Shown here one piece after another: positions 37,177-47,721 of a DNA stretch of 64,000 nt (the stretch's first letter is position 1; each line of letters begins with the position of its first letter). Where the stretch lies: the sequence record MT028491.1, one strand, 5' to 3'. A model generated the notes under the pieces. That model did not search any database and was not told where the DNA came from. It saw only the letters and a list, made by a program, of their open reading frames with translations. Both the position numbers and the translations under genes were made by a program.

Positions 37177-37993
37177 TTAAGCTAATTGCCTCTTCCGTTA
37201 CAGCCTTTACAAAATCTTTCATATTACAATCATAAAGTCCAGACGAATTGATTGAATTGAATTCAACAATCTTCGGCTTTCCTTCTGAAATGGCAATATC
37301 AATGGTGTAATTTTGATCAGCCGATGCAAACAGATGAATGTTGTCTTGAGCAAATTCCTTTGCCAGATCAAAATTCTCATACAAATTGACATGGTTTTCT
37401 TCATAGGAATATTCACCATATCCAACGATCTTTCCACCAACAACAAAGAACCTGTATTCTTGCTCAATAGGTTTTGGATCAGCGACCAAGAGCATGTCAG
37501 TAGGAAACAGACTATAGGTGTTTTCAACCACTACAGCATCGTCATAGCCCATATCCCATACAAAGCCTGTAAACGTCTTATAGTGAATGTTTGGCTTGAT
37601 AAAGAGCTTTCCACTAGTCTGGAATTTTTGCTTAATCATGCCCCATGTTTCAAAGCGAGCATCGGCATTCAAAAAGGTATTCAGCTTACCATATGACATA
37701 GCCATAGACGGTTTGAACAAATCAGAATGGAATTTGAAAATTACATGCTTTGGCGACAATTCACGTTCAACGTAATTACAGAATCGAATACCGCCATACG
37801 GGATCACAATGCGTTCATCGCCATCAGGAAGCTTAAGAGGCTCATTGTGAAAAGGATCAAATTTGGTTTCAATTACAGCTTCATTACCATAAATTGACCG
37901 TACAACATCAGGGAGATTTCCCCATTTTTTTCCAGCAAACGGTGTCATATCCATTAGCCAAACTACTTTATCACTAGACAATAAAAACTCCAT
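37157..37993 (-). CDS. ATP-grasp protein (R2K/DUF4343-like)
   Basis: LFIKP..K.F.G, EYRFFVVGGKIV, TIDIA...IVEFN..NSSGLY motifs. Confidence 0.8.
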   Translation of the reverse strand: MEFLLSSDKVVWLMDMTPFAGKKWGNLPDVVRSIYGNEAVIETKFDPFHNEPLKLPDGDERIVIPYGGIRFCNYVERELSPKHVIFKFHSDLFKPSMAMSYGKLNTFLNADARFETWGMIKQKFQTSGKLFIKPNIHYKTFTGFVWDMGYDDAVVVENTYSLFPTDMLLVADPKPIEQEYRFFVVGGKIVGYGEYSYEENHVNLYENFDLAKEFAQDNIHLFASADQNYTIDIAISEGKPKIVEFNSINSSGLYDCNMKDFVKAVTEEAISLNDHFFI

Positions 37994-38020
37994 TAAGGCA
38001 ACCAGTTAAATTAGGATTAA

Positions 38021-38049
38021 ACATTACATAAAAACATACAAAAAGTCAA
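38021..38049 (-). promoter_or_regulatory. sigma70-like early promoter
   Basis: TTGACT-N17-TAATGT immediately after a terminator. Confidence 0.65.
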
Positions 38050-38051
38050 AT

Positions 38052-38090
38052 AAAAATGCCCCTAAGAGGTTGGAATTCTTAGGGGCATTT
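38052..38090 (-). terminator. intrinsic terminator
   Basis: 14-bp stem AAATGCCCCTAAGA/TCTTAGGGGCATTT followed by a U-rich tract on the minus strand. Confidence 0.8.
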
Positions 38091-38131
38091 GAGCGGGTTT
38101 CTAGTGTCTATTTTGAAGAGGCGACATCCCG

Positions 38132-38689
38132 CTATCGGTCATTAGTTTTTCCAACTAATTTTAAATCAATAAGCTGTTTATGACAGAACTTAATTGCAGT
38201 GAACAGATCACAAATAGAATGGTTCATAGGATCACGTTTGTCAATAACATTCACGATATTAGTACCATCTTTTGTAGAATATTTTGTCAATTCTACCGTG
38301 TCAACATTATTGATTTTGGTAAATGAATGTTTTTTTACATAACCACCTTCACTTGCATAAAATATTAATGTGAAATGATCATCACAAATAGTCATAGAAT
38401 GAAAAAGAAATCTATTATTCAATCTATCCAGAACGTTTTCATCGTCTGTGTATGTACCAGACTTTCTCTGTAAGAGAATTTTTCGCGGTTGATTAGGTTC
38501 ATTTGTTACTTTGAAATGGAGAAAATCCAAATCAATTGATTCTGATGAAACGAAATAAATCGAATCTTCTCTTACAAAGGATACTATGCCACTAGCATAT
38601 ATAAATGCAATTATTTCAGAATGGAGATTATCCTTCCAAATCCCCAAACTGTTGATGCAAACTTCAAAACTGGAAATAATATCGGACAA
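38132..38689 (-). CDS. hypothetical early protein, C-terminal-His paralog family
   Basis: 185 aa; LFTAIKFCHK. Confidence 0.7.
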   Translation of the reverse strand: MSDIISSFEVCINSLGIWKDNLHSEIIAFIYASGIVSFVREDSIYFVSSESIDLDFLHFKVTNEPNQPRKILLQRKSGTYTDDENVLDRLNNRFLFHSMTICDDHFTLIFYASEGGYVKKHSFTKINNVDTVELTKYSTKDGTNIVNVIDKRDPMNHSICDLFTAIKFCHKQLIDLKLVGKTNDR

Positions 38690-38693
38690 ACGC

Positions 38694-39467
38694 TTATTCC
38701 TGAATTAGAGTTGGACGATTGATGTATGTCTTTTTGATACCCTTTTGAGTTTCATTATGAAACTTCACAGTAAACTTGAGACGGCATTCACCAAGAGGCA
38801 AATCGGCATTACCATTATGAAATAGAATATCATTGCCAATGCGCATTTGATATTTGAAATAATTGCTGTATTCGTCCTTTTTCTTGAACTCCACAACAAC
38901 ATTCATTTCATAACGACCGCCGATCACACCAAAATGATTTGACATCGAGTCACGATGAAAACGGTCAAAACGCTTTTGCTCACGTTCTGCGATAAGGCCG
39001 CGCTCATGAGCAATACCAGAAGCAACCGAACAAAGGGCAAAGAATGCAGGCTTTGCACTATCCTTGTCCATTTTTGACAAGGTATCTGTCAACCAAAGAA
39101 GATAACCATCGGTAAGATCAGCAATAGCCTGTCCCTTGTATTTGCCATAAGGAACAATGCCATTTTCAATAGCTTCAATTGCTACTGTGTCTTTTGCAGA
39201 AAGCTTGCCACGGCGCTTGATGATTTCATCGGTTTCCATACCGACATATTCAACAACATAATCTTCCGAACCAATACGATCATTCAAAGCCTTGGCATAT
39301 TCAATGGCCAATTCTTCGGCTTTTTCAGCATCGGTAGAAAGGTTCTTGATATAGGCTTCATTCGAATAAGAGAAATTGCCGGTATCGTGAATACGCATGG
39401 TGCGCAAAGTGAACATTGCGTTCTTGCGACCAGTGGAAACGAAAACCTGTAAGAAAACCTTTGCCAT
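38694..39467 (-). CDS. hypothetical protein with DUF3820-like motif and C-terminal OB-like region
   Basis: VPYGKYKGQAIADL..GYLLW; S.HFGVIG.R..V.V. Confidence 0.7.
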   Translation of the reverse strand: MAKVFLQVFVSTGRKNAMFTLRTMRIHDTGNFSYSNEAYIKNLSTDAEKAEELAIEYAKALNDRIGSEDYVVEYVGMETDEIIKRRGKLSAKDTVAIEAIENGIVPYGKYKGQAIADLTDGYLLWLTDTLSKMDKDSAKPAFFALCSVASGIAHERGLIAEREQKRFDRFHRDSMSNHFGVIGGRYEMNVVVEFKKKDEYSNYFKYQMRIGNDILFHNGNADLPLGECRLKFTVKFHNETQKGIKKTYINRPTLIQE

Positions 39468-39504
39468 TTCAGTAGAACCTTACGTTTGATTTCTATTTGA
39501 ATCG

Positions 39505-39533
39505 AACATAAACCTACTATCTGGATTAGTCAA
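39505..39533 (-). promoter_or_regulatory. sigma70-like early promoter
   Basis: CTTGACT-N17-TATGTT. Confidence 0.7.
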
Positions 39534-39640
39534 GCTACTAAATTATTTTTCTCACTTTCTTCTGCAATATTCTTTTTGAACCTTCGCAAAGAGATTAGGA
39601 ATAGCTGCCAGCCAATCTTACCATCTTTGTTCTTTTCAGC

Positions 39641-39874
39641 CTAATGCTTTTTGATATTCGTAAAGGCGCGATCCATCCACCATGAGTAAAAGAATTCAAG
39701 AAAGTCTCTCGAATCAAACTCATTTTTCTCTTTATTCGCATGATACACTGATCGTGCAAATCCCTTGTAAAGATCATCATAATCGCGTTTCAGGTACATA
39801 GGATGTCCTGTCCATCGATTGTAATTAAAAGCACCCAATGAGCGCTTTTTCTTGTTTCCAAAAATTTTCAACAT
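39641..39874 (-). CDS. hypothetical protein (in-frame TAG followed by a 36-codon open extension)
   Basis: 77 aa ORF with GAGG RBS. Confidence 0.55.
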   Translation of the reverse strand: MLKIFGNKKKRSLGAFNYNRWTGHPMYLKRDYDDLYKGFARSVYHANKEKNEFDSRDFLEFFYSWWMDRAFTNIKKH

Positions 39875-39881
39875 TTCGTCC

Positions 39882-40103
39882 TCAATCTGGATAATAAAAG
39901 GTTAACACCATTTCAATCGTTCCGGTAACTGGTGCCTTTACTTCAACAAGATCATCAAACTCGAATGAAAGGTTTTCTTCTTCCAACCAACCATGTTCAT
40001 GGTTCTGGCGAATTTCTTCCATCTGTTCTTCTGAAACTTCATAGATACCAACATTAGTACCATTGCAGCCTTCATAAATCGTATTAGCAACAACATATTT
40101 CAT
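39882..40103 (-). CDS. hypothetical acidic protein
   Basis: 73 aa with GGAG RBS. Confidence 0.65.
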   Translation of the reverse strand: MKYVVANTIYEGCNGTNVGIYEVSEEQMEEIRQNHEHGWLEEENLSFEFDDLVEVKAPVTGTIEMVLTFYYPD

Positions 40104-40112
40104 ATCGACTCC

Positions 40113-40427
40113 TTACGTATTGAAGATAATGCCCGGAACATTAGAGCCTTCGAACTGTTTCATTATTTCTTCGTTCTTATAGGCCCAAGTCATTACCGGT
40201 TCATTCTTGTTCCGATTCCACATATTTCCATCAAGAATCATCCAAGACGAATACATGTCGGTTTCTTTTGGTTTGATAAAAATATGAATTTTGTTGCGAA
40301 CCTTCTTTACCAAGGCACGATTTGTGTTTCCTTGGTAAACCAAATCTACCAAAAGGGTTTCCTTGGATTTACCAATAAACTCCCTAAGAGCGGTTTCCGC
40401 GTCTTTGGTTGCAGTGTTTACATTCAT
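40113..40427 (-). CDS. hypothetical protein
   Basis: 104 aa ORF, ATGA coupling. Confidence 0.65.
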   Translation of the reverse strand: MNVNTATKDAETALREFIGKSKETLLVDLVYQGNTNRALVKKVRNKIHIFIKPKETDMYSSWMILDGNMWNRNKNEPVMTWAYKNEEIMKQFEGSNVPGIIFNT

Positions 40428-40606
40428 GCTGGTTGCGCCCCTTCATAGATTACAGAACCAATACAAAAGAAATTGGTTGCTCCATTTTCAAACTGAATAT
40501 CGACATATTTTTCGCCAATATTCGTGACAACGAAACGGATAAATCCACGACCATTCCAATCATAGGTGTATCTTTTACCAATCTGGAATTTGTTCATGGT
40601 TTCCAT
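40424..40606 (-). CDS. hypothetical SH3/KOW-like small protein
   Basis: FQIGKRY...VVTNIGEKYVDIQF. Confidence 0.55.
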   Translation of the reverse strand: METMNKFQIGKRYTYDWNGRGFIRFVVTNIGEKYVDIQFENGATNFFCIGSVIYEGAQPA

Positions 40607-40782
40607 TCCTTCAAAGTGTTATTACTCTTAGCCGTCTAATTCATATTCTTCAATACGAAATGATCGTTGATCATGTTTGTCAAATTTGGCTATCATTTCT
40701 TCGGCCTTCTCACGGCTTGAGAAAGCAGCCGAAAATTCATCTTCGGCATGAAAGTTACTGAACCAAACGATGAAAATGATCA

Positions 40783-40992
40783 TCAAACAATTCCTTTATC
40801 ATCCATCACAACCAAGTGACATTTATGCCCCATTTTATTAAGAACTTTCATCCCCCAATTGGCAATATTCAAATCGCCATAAGACAACGAAAGAGTGGTG
40901 AAATACGGTTCCATACAACGGCGTGGATCGCCATGATGCGGCTGTAAACTTGGCACAATTGCATAACACGCAACACTAGACATCTTATTCAC
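40783..40992 (-). CDS. hypothetical protein
   Basis: 69 aa ORF. Confidence 0.5.
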   Translation of the reverse strand: MNKMSSVACYAIVPSLQPHHGDPRRCMEPYFTTLSLSYGDLNIANWGMKVLNKMGHKCHLVVMDDKGIV

Positions 40993-41188
40993 CTTTCACC
41001 CAACAATCGTTGTAAGAATCTTCTAGGCTATTGCCTTCTACCCAAAATTGGGCGCTCTTTTCATCGGTTCCAAATTCCCAAAAGAGCTTGTTACCAACAT
41101 AACCATTCGTATTTCCCCAAACGTTGCGCTTGATACGGCGCTTGCCCTTTGGAGTTTCCGGGTAGTTGATTTCAATCTTGAATTTCAT
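40985..41188 (-). CDS. hypothetical protein
   Basis: 67 aa ORF downstream of a promoter/terminator cassette. Confidence 0.6.
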   Translation of the reverse strand: MKFKIEINYPETPKGKRRIKRNVWGNTNGYVGNKLFWEFGTDEKSAQFWVEGNSLEDSYNDCWVKGE

Positions 41189-41226
41189 AACCGTAAACCT
41201 TAGCTGGTTTGTTTCTGTTGTCCTAA

Positions 41227-41292
41227 GTTTTATATTAAACTAAACCCTAAGTCAACACCTAAAAACAAAAAAAAGAGGCACGTAAGGCCCCA
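41227..41292 (-). promoter_or_regulatory. terminator plus early promoter cassette (PeSL-like)
   Basis: GGGGC-CTTACGT-GCCTC-T7 hairpin, then TTGACT; about 28 nt nearly identical to 52154-52181. Confidence 0.6.
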
Positions 41293-41301
41293 ATTTCTGT
41301 T

Positions 41302-41505
41302 TTAATATGTCCTGATAAACAAAGTAGGTTCAATTCGGCATTCTGAAACAACCGATTCTGTATAATCTTCGATATCACGATCACCTTGAATAAAATATTC
41401 ATTGAATACCTTATCTCGATTTTCTGTTGATGTGATTATCGTTTCTGTCTGAGATTGGAAATTACAATCATCGATACCCCTAACTTGTCTAATTACGATA
41501 TTCAA
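41302..41505 (-). CDS. hypothetical protein
   Basis: 67 aa ORF bracketed by cassettes; TTG start. Confidence 0.5.
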   Translation of the reverse strand: MNIVIRQVRGIDDCNFQSQTETIITSTENRDKVFNEYFIQGDRDIEDYTESVVSECRIEPTLFIRTY

Positions 41506-41561
41506 TATAGATCACACCCTAATCGTTATGTCAAACAAAAAAAGAGGCCGAAGCCTCTTTT
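41505..41561 (-). promoter_or_regulatory. nrdF terminator plus early promoter cassette
   Basis: GAGGC-TTCG-GCCTC-T7 then TTGACA...CTATAT; hairpin identical to the one at 52174-52194. Confidence 0.65.
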
Positions 41562-41563
41562 AA

Positions 41564-42532
<969 letters not shown>

Positions 42533-42548
42533 TCAAATAAATGTATGA

Positions 42549-42570
42549 AAGAGGGGATTTCTCCCCTCTT
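42549..42570 (-). terminator. hairpin/terminator between nrdE and nrdF
   Basis: AAGAGGGGA-GAAA-TCCCCTCTT stem. Confidence 0.65.
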
Positions 42571-42575
42571 AAAAA

Positions 42576-44693
42576 TTACAATTGGCACGACACACATTCG
42601 GTGTTTTCAGTACCCTTAACGGCTTCCTGCTTCACGCGCATGTAATAGGTTGTCTTGATTCCACTCTTCCATGCATAGATTTGAGCCTTGTTAATGTCTC
42701 TGGTTGTTGCCGTATCCTTAAAGAACACAGTAAGAGACAAGCCTTGATCCACATGTTGTGTAGCCGCTGCATAGATATCAATAAGCTTTTCATGACCGAT
42801 TTCGAAAGCATCCTTATACAGATGCGTGTTTTCGTTTGTCATGTAAGGGGCCGGATAATAAACGCGACCAATCTTACCTTCCTTGCGAGCTTCAATCTTA
42901 GCCGTAATCGGGTGAATAGAAGCTGTAGAATTATTGATATAAGAGATTGAACCCGTTGGCGGAATTGCCTGTAGGTATGCGTTATACATACCATATTTTT
43001 GAACATGTTCCTTTAGAATAGCCCAATCATATTGATTAGGAATAACGATACCATATTTTTCAAAAATATCAACTACTTTTTGTGTTTCCGGTTTCCATTC
43101 TTGATCAATATATTTCTCAAAATATTCACCGGTTGCATATTTGGAATTTTTGAAACCATAGAAGGTTTCGCCACGTTCCTTAGCAATTTCCATAGACGTT
43201 TTGATCGCGTGATAAGCTACCGTATAGAAATAGATGTTGGTGAAATCAATAGATTCCTTATCTCCATATTCCAAACCTTCCTTACCAAAGAAACCATGTA
43301 GATTCATTTGACCAAGACCGATTGAGTGAGACTTTTTATTGCCTTCTGCAACCGATGGAACACTTACGATATCCGATGCATCAGAAACGGCAGTAAGGGC
43401 GCGTACAGCGATTTCAACAGTCTTTCCTAGGTTCTTTCCTTCCATCGCCTTAGCAATGTTCAATGAGCCTAGATTACAAGAAATATCGCGTCCGGTATGA
43501 TCATATGAACCGTCATCCTTGTAAGTGGAAGCTGTAGAAACCTGTAGGATTTCAGAGCAAAGGTTAGACATACTAATACGACCATCAATAGGATTTGCCG
43601 CATTAACAGTGTCTTCAAACATCAGATATGGATAGCCCGATTCTGTCTGGACTTCTGCAATAACCTTGAAAAATTCTCTTGTGTCAATCTTTTTCTTGGT
43701 AATTTCTGGATTATCAACAAGTTCCTGATACATTTCTGTAATTGAAATGTCTGTCATATCCTTACCATAAACACGCTTGATATCATAAGGCGAGAACAAG
43801 AACATGTCTTCACCGCGCTTAGCCAATTCAAACGTAATGTCTGGAATGACAATACCTAGTGAAAGGGTCTTGATTCTGATCTTTTCATCGGCATTTTCTC
43901 GCTTGGTATCAAGAACCTTCATGATATCCGGGTGATGTGCGTGAATGTAAACAGCACCAGCACCTTGACGTTGCCCAAGCTGATTAGCATAGGAAAACGA
44001 GTCTTCCAAAATCTTCATCACCGGAATAACACCAGAAGATGCATTCTTGATTTTCTTAATAGGTGCACCAGATTCGCGAAGATTGGTAAGGCTGATACCA
44101 ACACCACCACCACGCTTAGAAAGCTGTAGAGCGGCGTTAATGGTATGAGAAATCGATTCCATATTGTCTTCTGTTCTAATCAAGAAACATGAGACAAGTT
44201 CACCACAATTTTTACGACCAGCATTTAGAAAAGTTGGGGTAGCAGGCTGATAACGACCTGTAATCATTTCATCTACCAAGTCGTTTGCTCGCTCCATATT
44301 TCCTTCTGCAAGAGCAAGTGCAACAACTACAACACGGTCTTCATAGCGCTCTAAATATCGCTTACCGTCTGTTGTCTTGAGCGCGTAGCTCGAATAGAAC
44401 TTCATCGCACCCATATAAGTAGGGAAACGGAATTTGTAAGCATAAGCTTTCTTGTATAGTTCCTTTACTTCATCCCAATTATAACGAAGAAATACAGCAT
44501 CATCGTAAAAATCGTTTTTAATAAGGTGATCAATCTTCTCTTCTAGATCGTGAAAGAACACCGTATTAGTATTCACATGTTCAATAAAGTAAGCCTTAAC
44601 AGCTTCCTTGTCCTTTTCAAATTGAATCTTGCCGTTTTCATCAACAATATTCAACATCGCATTGAGCGCATAAAAATCGTTATTAATAGACAT
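42576..44693 (-). CDS. nrdE: class Ib ribonucleotide reductase alpha subunit
   Basis: [38 protein letters not shown]-terminal CVSC. Confidence 0.95.
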   Translation of the reverse strand: MSINNDFYALNAMLNIVDENGKIQFEKDKEAVKAYFIEHVNTNTVFFHDLEEKIDHLIKNDFYDDAVFLRYNWDEVKELYKKAYAYKFRFPTYMGAMKFYSSYALKTTDGKRYLERYEDRVVVVALALAEGNMERANDLVDEMITGRYQPATPTFLNAGRKNCGELVSCFLIRTEDNMESISHTINAALQLSKRGGGVGISLTNLRESGAPIKKIKNASSGVIPVMKILEDSFSYANQLGQRQGAGAVYIHAHHPDIMKVLDTKRENADEKIRIKTLSLGIVIPDITFELAKRGEDMFLFSPYDIKRVYGKDMTDISITEMYQELVDNPEITKKKIDTREFFKVIAEVQTESGYPYLMFEDTVNAANPIDGRISMSNLCSEILQVSTASTYKDDGSYDHTGRDISCNLGSLNIAKAMEGKNLGKTVEIAVRALTAVSDASDIVSVPSVAEGNKKSHSIGLGQMNLHGFFGKEGLEYGDKESIDFTNIYFYTVAYHAIKTSMEIAKERGETFYGFKNSKYATGEYFEKYIDQEWKPETQKVVDIFEKYGIVIPNQYDWAILKEHVQKYGMYNAYLQAIPPTGSISYINNSTASIHPITAKIEARKEGKIGRVYYPAPYMTNENTHLYKDAFEIGHEKLIDIYAAATQHVDQGLSLTVFFKDTATTRDINKAQIYAWKSGIKTTYYMRVKQEAVKGTENTECVSCQL

Positions 44694-45057
44694 TAATTAT
44701 TTTTTCCCTAACATACAAAACATCATCATCGTTCCCAAAAAGTTCTACTTTACCTAAAATGGGAACATTACATTTATTAGCTATGACAGTTGAACCTATA
44801 GCAAACATTCGTCCAAACGATCTATTACCAAATCCAACTACACCCAACATCTTTGATCTATTATCGACATTATTTAAAAATTTGATGATTTGTGGTGGAA
44901 CGGGATGATTTCCGCAACCATCCGCGTATGTTGGTGAAAAAAGGACAAACGGTTCATCAACCGTTGCCCCTAGTTCGATTCTTTTCAGTGGAATATCCAG
45001 TTTGTTTGCAAATCTAAGTGTATTTCCTGTCTTTGATGAAAAATAACAGATTAGCAT
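44683..45057 (-). CDS. nrdI: flavodoxin-like NrdI
   Basis: [28 protein letters not shown]; start reassigned to the ATG at 45057. Confidence 0.92.
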   Translation of the reverse strand: MLICYFSSKTGNTLRFANKLDIPLKRIELGATVDEPFVLFSPTYADGCGNHPVPPQIIKFLNNVDNRSKMLGVVGFGNRSFGRMFAIGSTVIANKCNVPILGKVELFGNDDDVLYVREKIINVY

Positions 45058-45058
45058 G

Positions 45059-45289
45059 TTAGGAAATAATAGCTTGAATGTCTGTAAATCCGCCAACATA
45101 AACATTGTCAACAAGGATGATCGGAAATGTCTTTGCTCCTATTGCGCGTTCTTGAAGGATTAAATCTTGCTCTTCCTGAGATAGAGCGAAAAAATCGATA
45201 TAATCATATTCAATCTGTTTGATATTCAATAGCGCCTTTGCCTTATCGCAAAATGGGCAATTCTGTTTTCCGAAAATTTCGACGTTCAT
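45059..45289 (-). CDS. glutaredoxin (NrdH/NrdC-like)
   Basis: CPFC active site, TFPII..D..YVGGF. Confidence 0.9.
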   Translation of the reverse strand: MNVEIFGKQNCPFCDKAKALLNIKQIEYDYIDFFALSQEEQDLILQERAIGAKTFPIILVDNVYVGGFTDIQAIIS

Positions 45290-45336
45290 TTTTATTACCT
45301 TTTATAAAATACTAATTTCTTCATCATAAACGTGAT

Positions 45337-45358
45337 AAGAGGGACCGAAGCCCCTCTT
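45337..45358 (-). terminator. intrinsic terminator after thyX
   Basis: AAGAGGGG-C-UUCG-G-UCCCUCUU on the minus strand. Confidence 0.7.
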
Positions 45359-45387
45359 AAAAATTATTCAATGTTGTCAGATATTTA

Positions 45388-46245
45388 TCAGAATGAGCGC
45401 TCAACAAGAGCATCATAAGCGACTGGAAATAGAGGCTTAATGATGTCTGCGACCTTTTGCGCAACCATCTGACTTTCTTTCTGTGCATCGTTTGCAAGAC
45501 GCAATTTAAGCATATCTGCAAACGCTCCTAGTGTACCACTCCAATACCATTCTGTCATTAGACCTAGTGGAAGTAGGTTTCGGGCTTGTTCCTCACATAG
45601 ACCGTTCTTAAGCGCGTTCTGATAGTCATCGAAAGCCTTCTCTGCATTATCCAAGAAAATGGCAGTGAGATTATCATGAGCTTCGCCAGTCAATGCAGCA
45701 CCGGAACCCTGTTTCTTATCAACAGCCTTTGAACGAAATTCATTTGGAATATAGACATCACCGCGCTTGAATTCAATATATCGTCCTGAAATCTCATTCC
45801 ATGGCATGAAGCGATGTTTTACTAGTTGGCGAGCGGTTGAGATTGGTGCTTTAACATGTACTGTGATAAAAGTGTGATTGAATGGAGATTTATGTTCACC
45901 TAGATCGCGGAATTTCCATAGAAGTTCTTCGAGTCGCTCATCATCCTTAAACATTCCAGAATCGGAATTAACAGCACTACCAGCACTTGCAACAGAACTA
46001 ACAAATTCTTCATAGTCCTTTGACTGCATACCTCTTGCAAGGAATTGGATAAGGCGCTTATCAGCATCCTTTAGATATCTACCACTTTCACATGTACATT
46101 CTTCACAATTGTCTTTTGCATCTGGACAACAATCACATAGATCGTATAACCATTCACTCTTTTTACCAAAAGATACACGCGCCGCATTAGCAATCATCAA
46201 ATCATCGCCACAGTGTTGAACATATTCAACTTCAATCTTATTCAT
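45388..46245 (-). CDS. thyX: FAD-dependent thymidylate synthase
   Basis: ANAARVSF, EHKSPF, ARQLVKHR...NEISGRY, ARNLLP, AQKE. Confidence 0.93.
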   Translation of the reverse strand: MNKIEVEYVQHCGDDLMIANAARVSFGKKSEWLYDLCDCCPDAKDNCEECTCESGRYLKDADKRLIQFLARGMQSKDYEEFVSSVASAGSAVNSDSGMFKDDERLEELLWKFRDLGEHKSPFNHTFITVHVKAPISTARQLVKHRFMPWNEISGRYIEFKRGDVYIPNEFRSKAVDKKQGSGAALTGEAHDNLTAIFLDNAEKAFDDYQNALKNGLCEEQARNLLPLGLMTEWYWSGTLGAFADMLKLRLANDAQKESQMVAQKVADIIKPLFPVAYDALVERSF

Positions 46246-46255
46246 TAAAACTCCA

Positions 46256-47287
46256 TTAAAAAATCAATTTTCGCCATTCGGCAAATTTAAGCTTTGCGGC
46301 CAAACCTTCATAGGTGTTAGTATTTATGATACTGTCTATGTCAGAATAGCCACTTTTTACTATATCGTTCACGTCTTTTGCTAATATATCAGACGGCCAT
46401 ATAACTACTCTAAAACCATTATCAATAGCATCTTCCATCGCATTTAAGACTTCTTTATGCCTTGGCTGGTTGTCGTAAATAAGGACTAGCTTTTCCTTTG
46501 GAAAATAATCTGCCAATCCTTTAAGGTTTAGATTTGATGATGCAACTGCATTGTTGATAAACAAACTATCAAATGCACCTTCACATACACGAATATCTTT
46601 ATTGATATCCACGGCTTGAAGATTATAAAGAAGCGGCGTTGTATCATCCATCTTCATATTGATGTATCGCAACTTGGCATCTGGCATAATCGATCTTGTA
46701 ATTAATCCGACAAGTTTCTTGCTGCGATCCAAGACAGGCAACGCCAGACGAGGTTCTTTCATGAATTTATATTCATCAGAATCATACAATGGAAAGGCTG
46801 GTTTAAGATGGTTCAAATCTTCCGTAAAATATATCTCACGATATCGATTCTTAGGAACCAAACGACCTTCTAGATAGCTAATCGCATTATGATTATCGTC
46901 AAGCTGGATAACTGGTTGTAAGTGTTCTCTAACAACCTTGATCGGATTCTTTTTGATCGGCTTGATTTCGACAGGCTTTTCCTCAACAGCTTCACAGGAC
47001 ATAATGCCCCTTTCTTCCATAAATAAAGCCGCTTTGTACTCTCTATAGAGTGAAGGGTTTACATTATAGATGAAGCTGGATAGCGTCATACCGGCATTGC
47101 AGTTGTGGCATTTATAAAACCAGTCACCACTTCGGCTATAGAGATAGCCACGCGCCTTACGCCTATCAGTTTTGGAATCTCCACATAAAGGACATCTGAA
47201 ATTAAACGTCCTATTCTTGGATTTGAAATATTGAAGGTCTAAACCAACTCTCATAATGAATTCAGAGTCGATTAGATATTTAGACAT
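46256..47287 (-). CDS. T4 gp61-like DNA primase
   Basis: FRCPLCGDS...FYKCHNC zinc finger; VCEGAFDSLF and YDNQPR TOPRIM motifs. Confidence 0.93.
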   Translation of the reverse strand: MSKYLIDSEFIMRVGLDLQYFKSKNRTFNFRCPLCGDSKTDRRKARGYLYSRSGDWFYKCHNCNAGMTLSSFIYNVNPSLYREYKAALFMEERGIMSCEAVEEKPVEIKPIKKNPIKVVREHLQPVIQLDDNHNAISYLEGRLVPKNRYREIYFTEDLNHLKPAFPLYDSDEYKFMKEPRLALPVLDRSKKLVGLITRSIMPDAKLRYINMKMDDTTPLLYNLQAVDINKDIRVCEGAFDSLFINNAVASSNLNLKGLADYFPKEKLVLIYDNQPRHKEVLNAMEDAIDNGFRVVIWPSDILAKDVNDIVKSGYSDIDSIINTNTYEGLAAKLKFAEWRKLIF

Positions 47288-47336
47288 TAATTAAAATTTA
47301 TGCACTCCATAACGTATAAAATAAAAAGATGACGCT

Positions 47337-47366
47337 ATCATATCATAACGCCATCCTTAAAGTCAA
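47337..47366 (-). promoter_or_regulatory. sigma70-like promoter of the primase-thyX operon
   Basis: CTTGACT-N18-TATGAT. Confidence 0.6.
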
Positions 47367-47638
47367 GACTCATCAATGAGTTTATCAATCTTTCTTTCAT
47401 AACGAATTGTCATGAACAACCACCAAACCATAGGCAAAATGATTGGTAAAGAAACAACAAAAAATCCATGAGTTGGATTAAATCCACTCCAAAGGAAAAA
47501 AGTCTTTGTCCAACTGACAGTGAAAGAACTCATCATTAGGGCAAAGATGACACAAGCCAATGTAATATACCCCGAATTTTGTTGCTTTTCGTGAAGCCTT
47601 TTTAATGCTTTTTTCTTTTCTTCATATGTCATATGCAA
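47363..47638 (-). CDS. membrane protein
   Basis: Two TM helices. Confidence 0.65.
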   Translation of the reverse strand: MHMTYEEKKKALKRLHEKQQNSGYITLACVIFALMMSSFTVSWTKTFFLWSGFNPTHGFFVVSLPIILPMVWWLFMTIRYERKIDKLIDES

Positions 47639-47650
47639 AATCCTTTCATG

Positions 47651-47721
47651 AGTTGCAGGCGAGGTTATTAGCCCCGCCCAACTACGTCAATGGCTTAAGG
47701 AAATCAGAATCTCCTACCATT
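47651..47721 (-). ncRNA. candidate structured leader with a 12-codon mini-ORF
   Basis: Two adjacent hairpins with G-U pairs favouring the minus strand; ATG 47720 to TAG 47682 behind a GGTGAGG RBS. Confidence 0.3.

Noticed and set aside
35248-39643. TAG reassignment (alternative genetic code)
   Set aside because: Several genes end at TAG with the next gene starting right after (e.g. 3912, 22152). The two odd TAG cases are better explained by a frameshift and a single nonsense change.
42576-47287. Inteins or introns in nrdE, thyX or primase
   Set aside because: Lengths are ordinary, frames are uninterrupted, and no intein splice motifs were seen.
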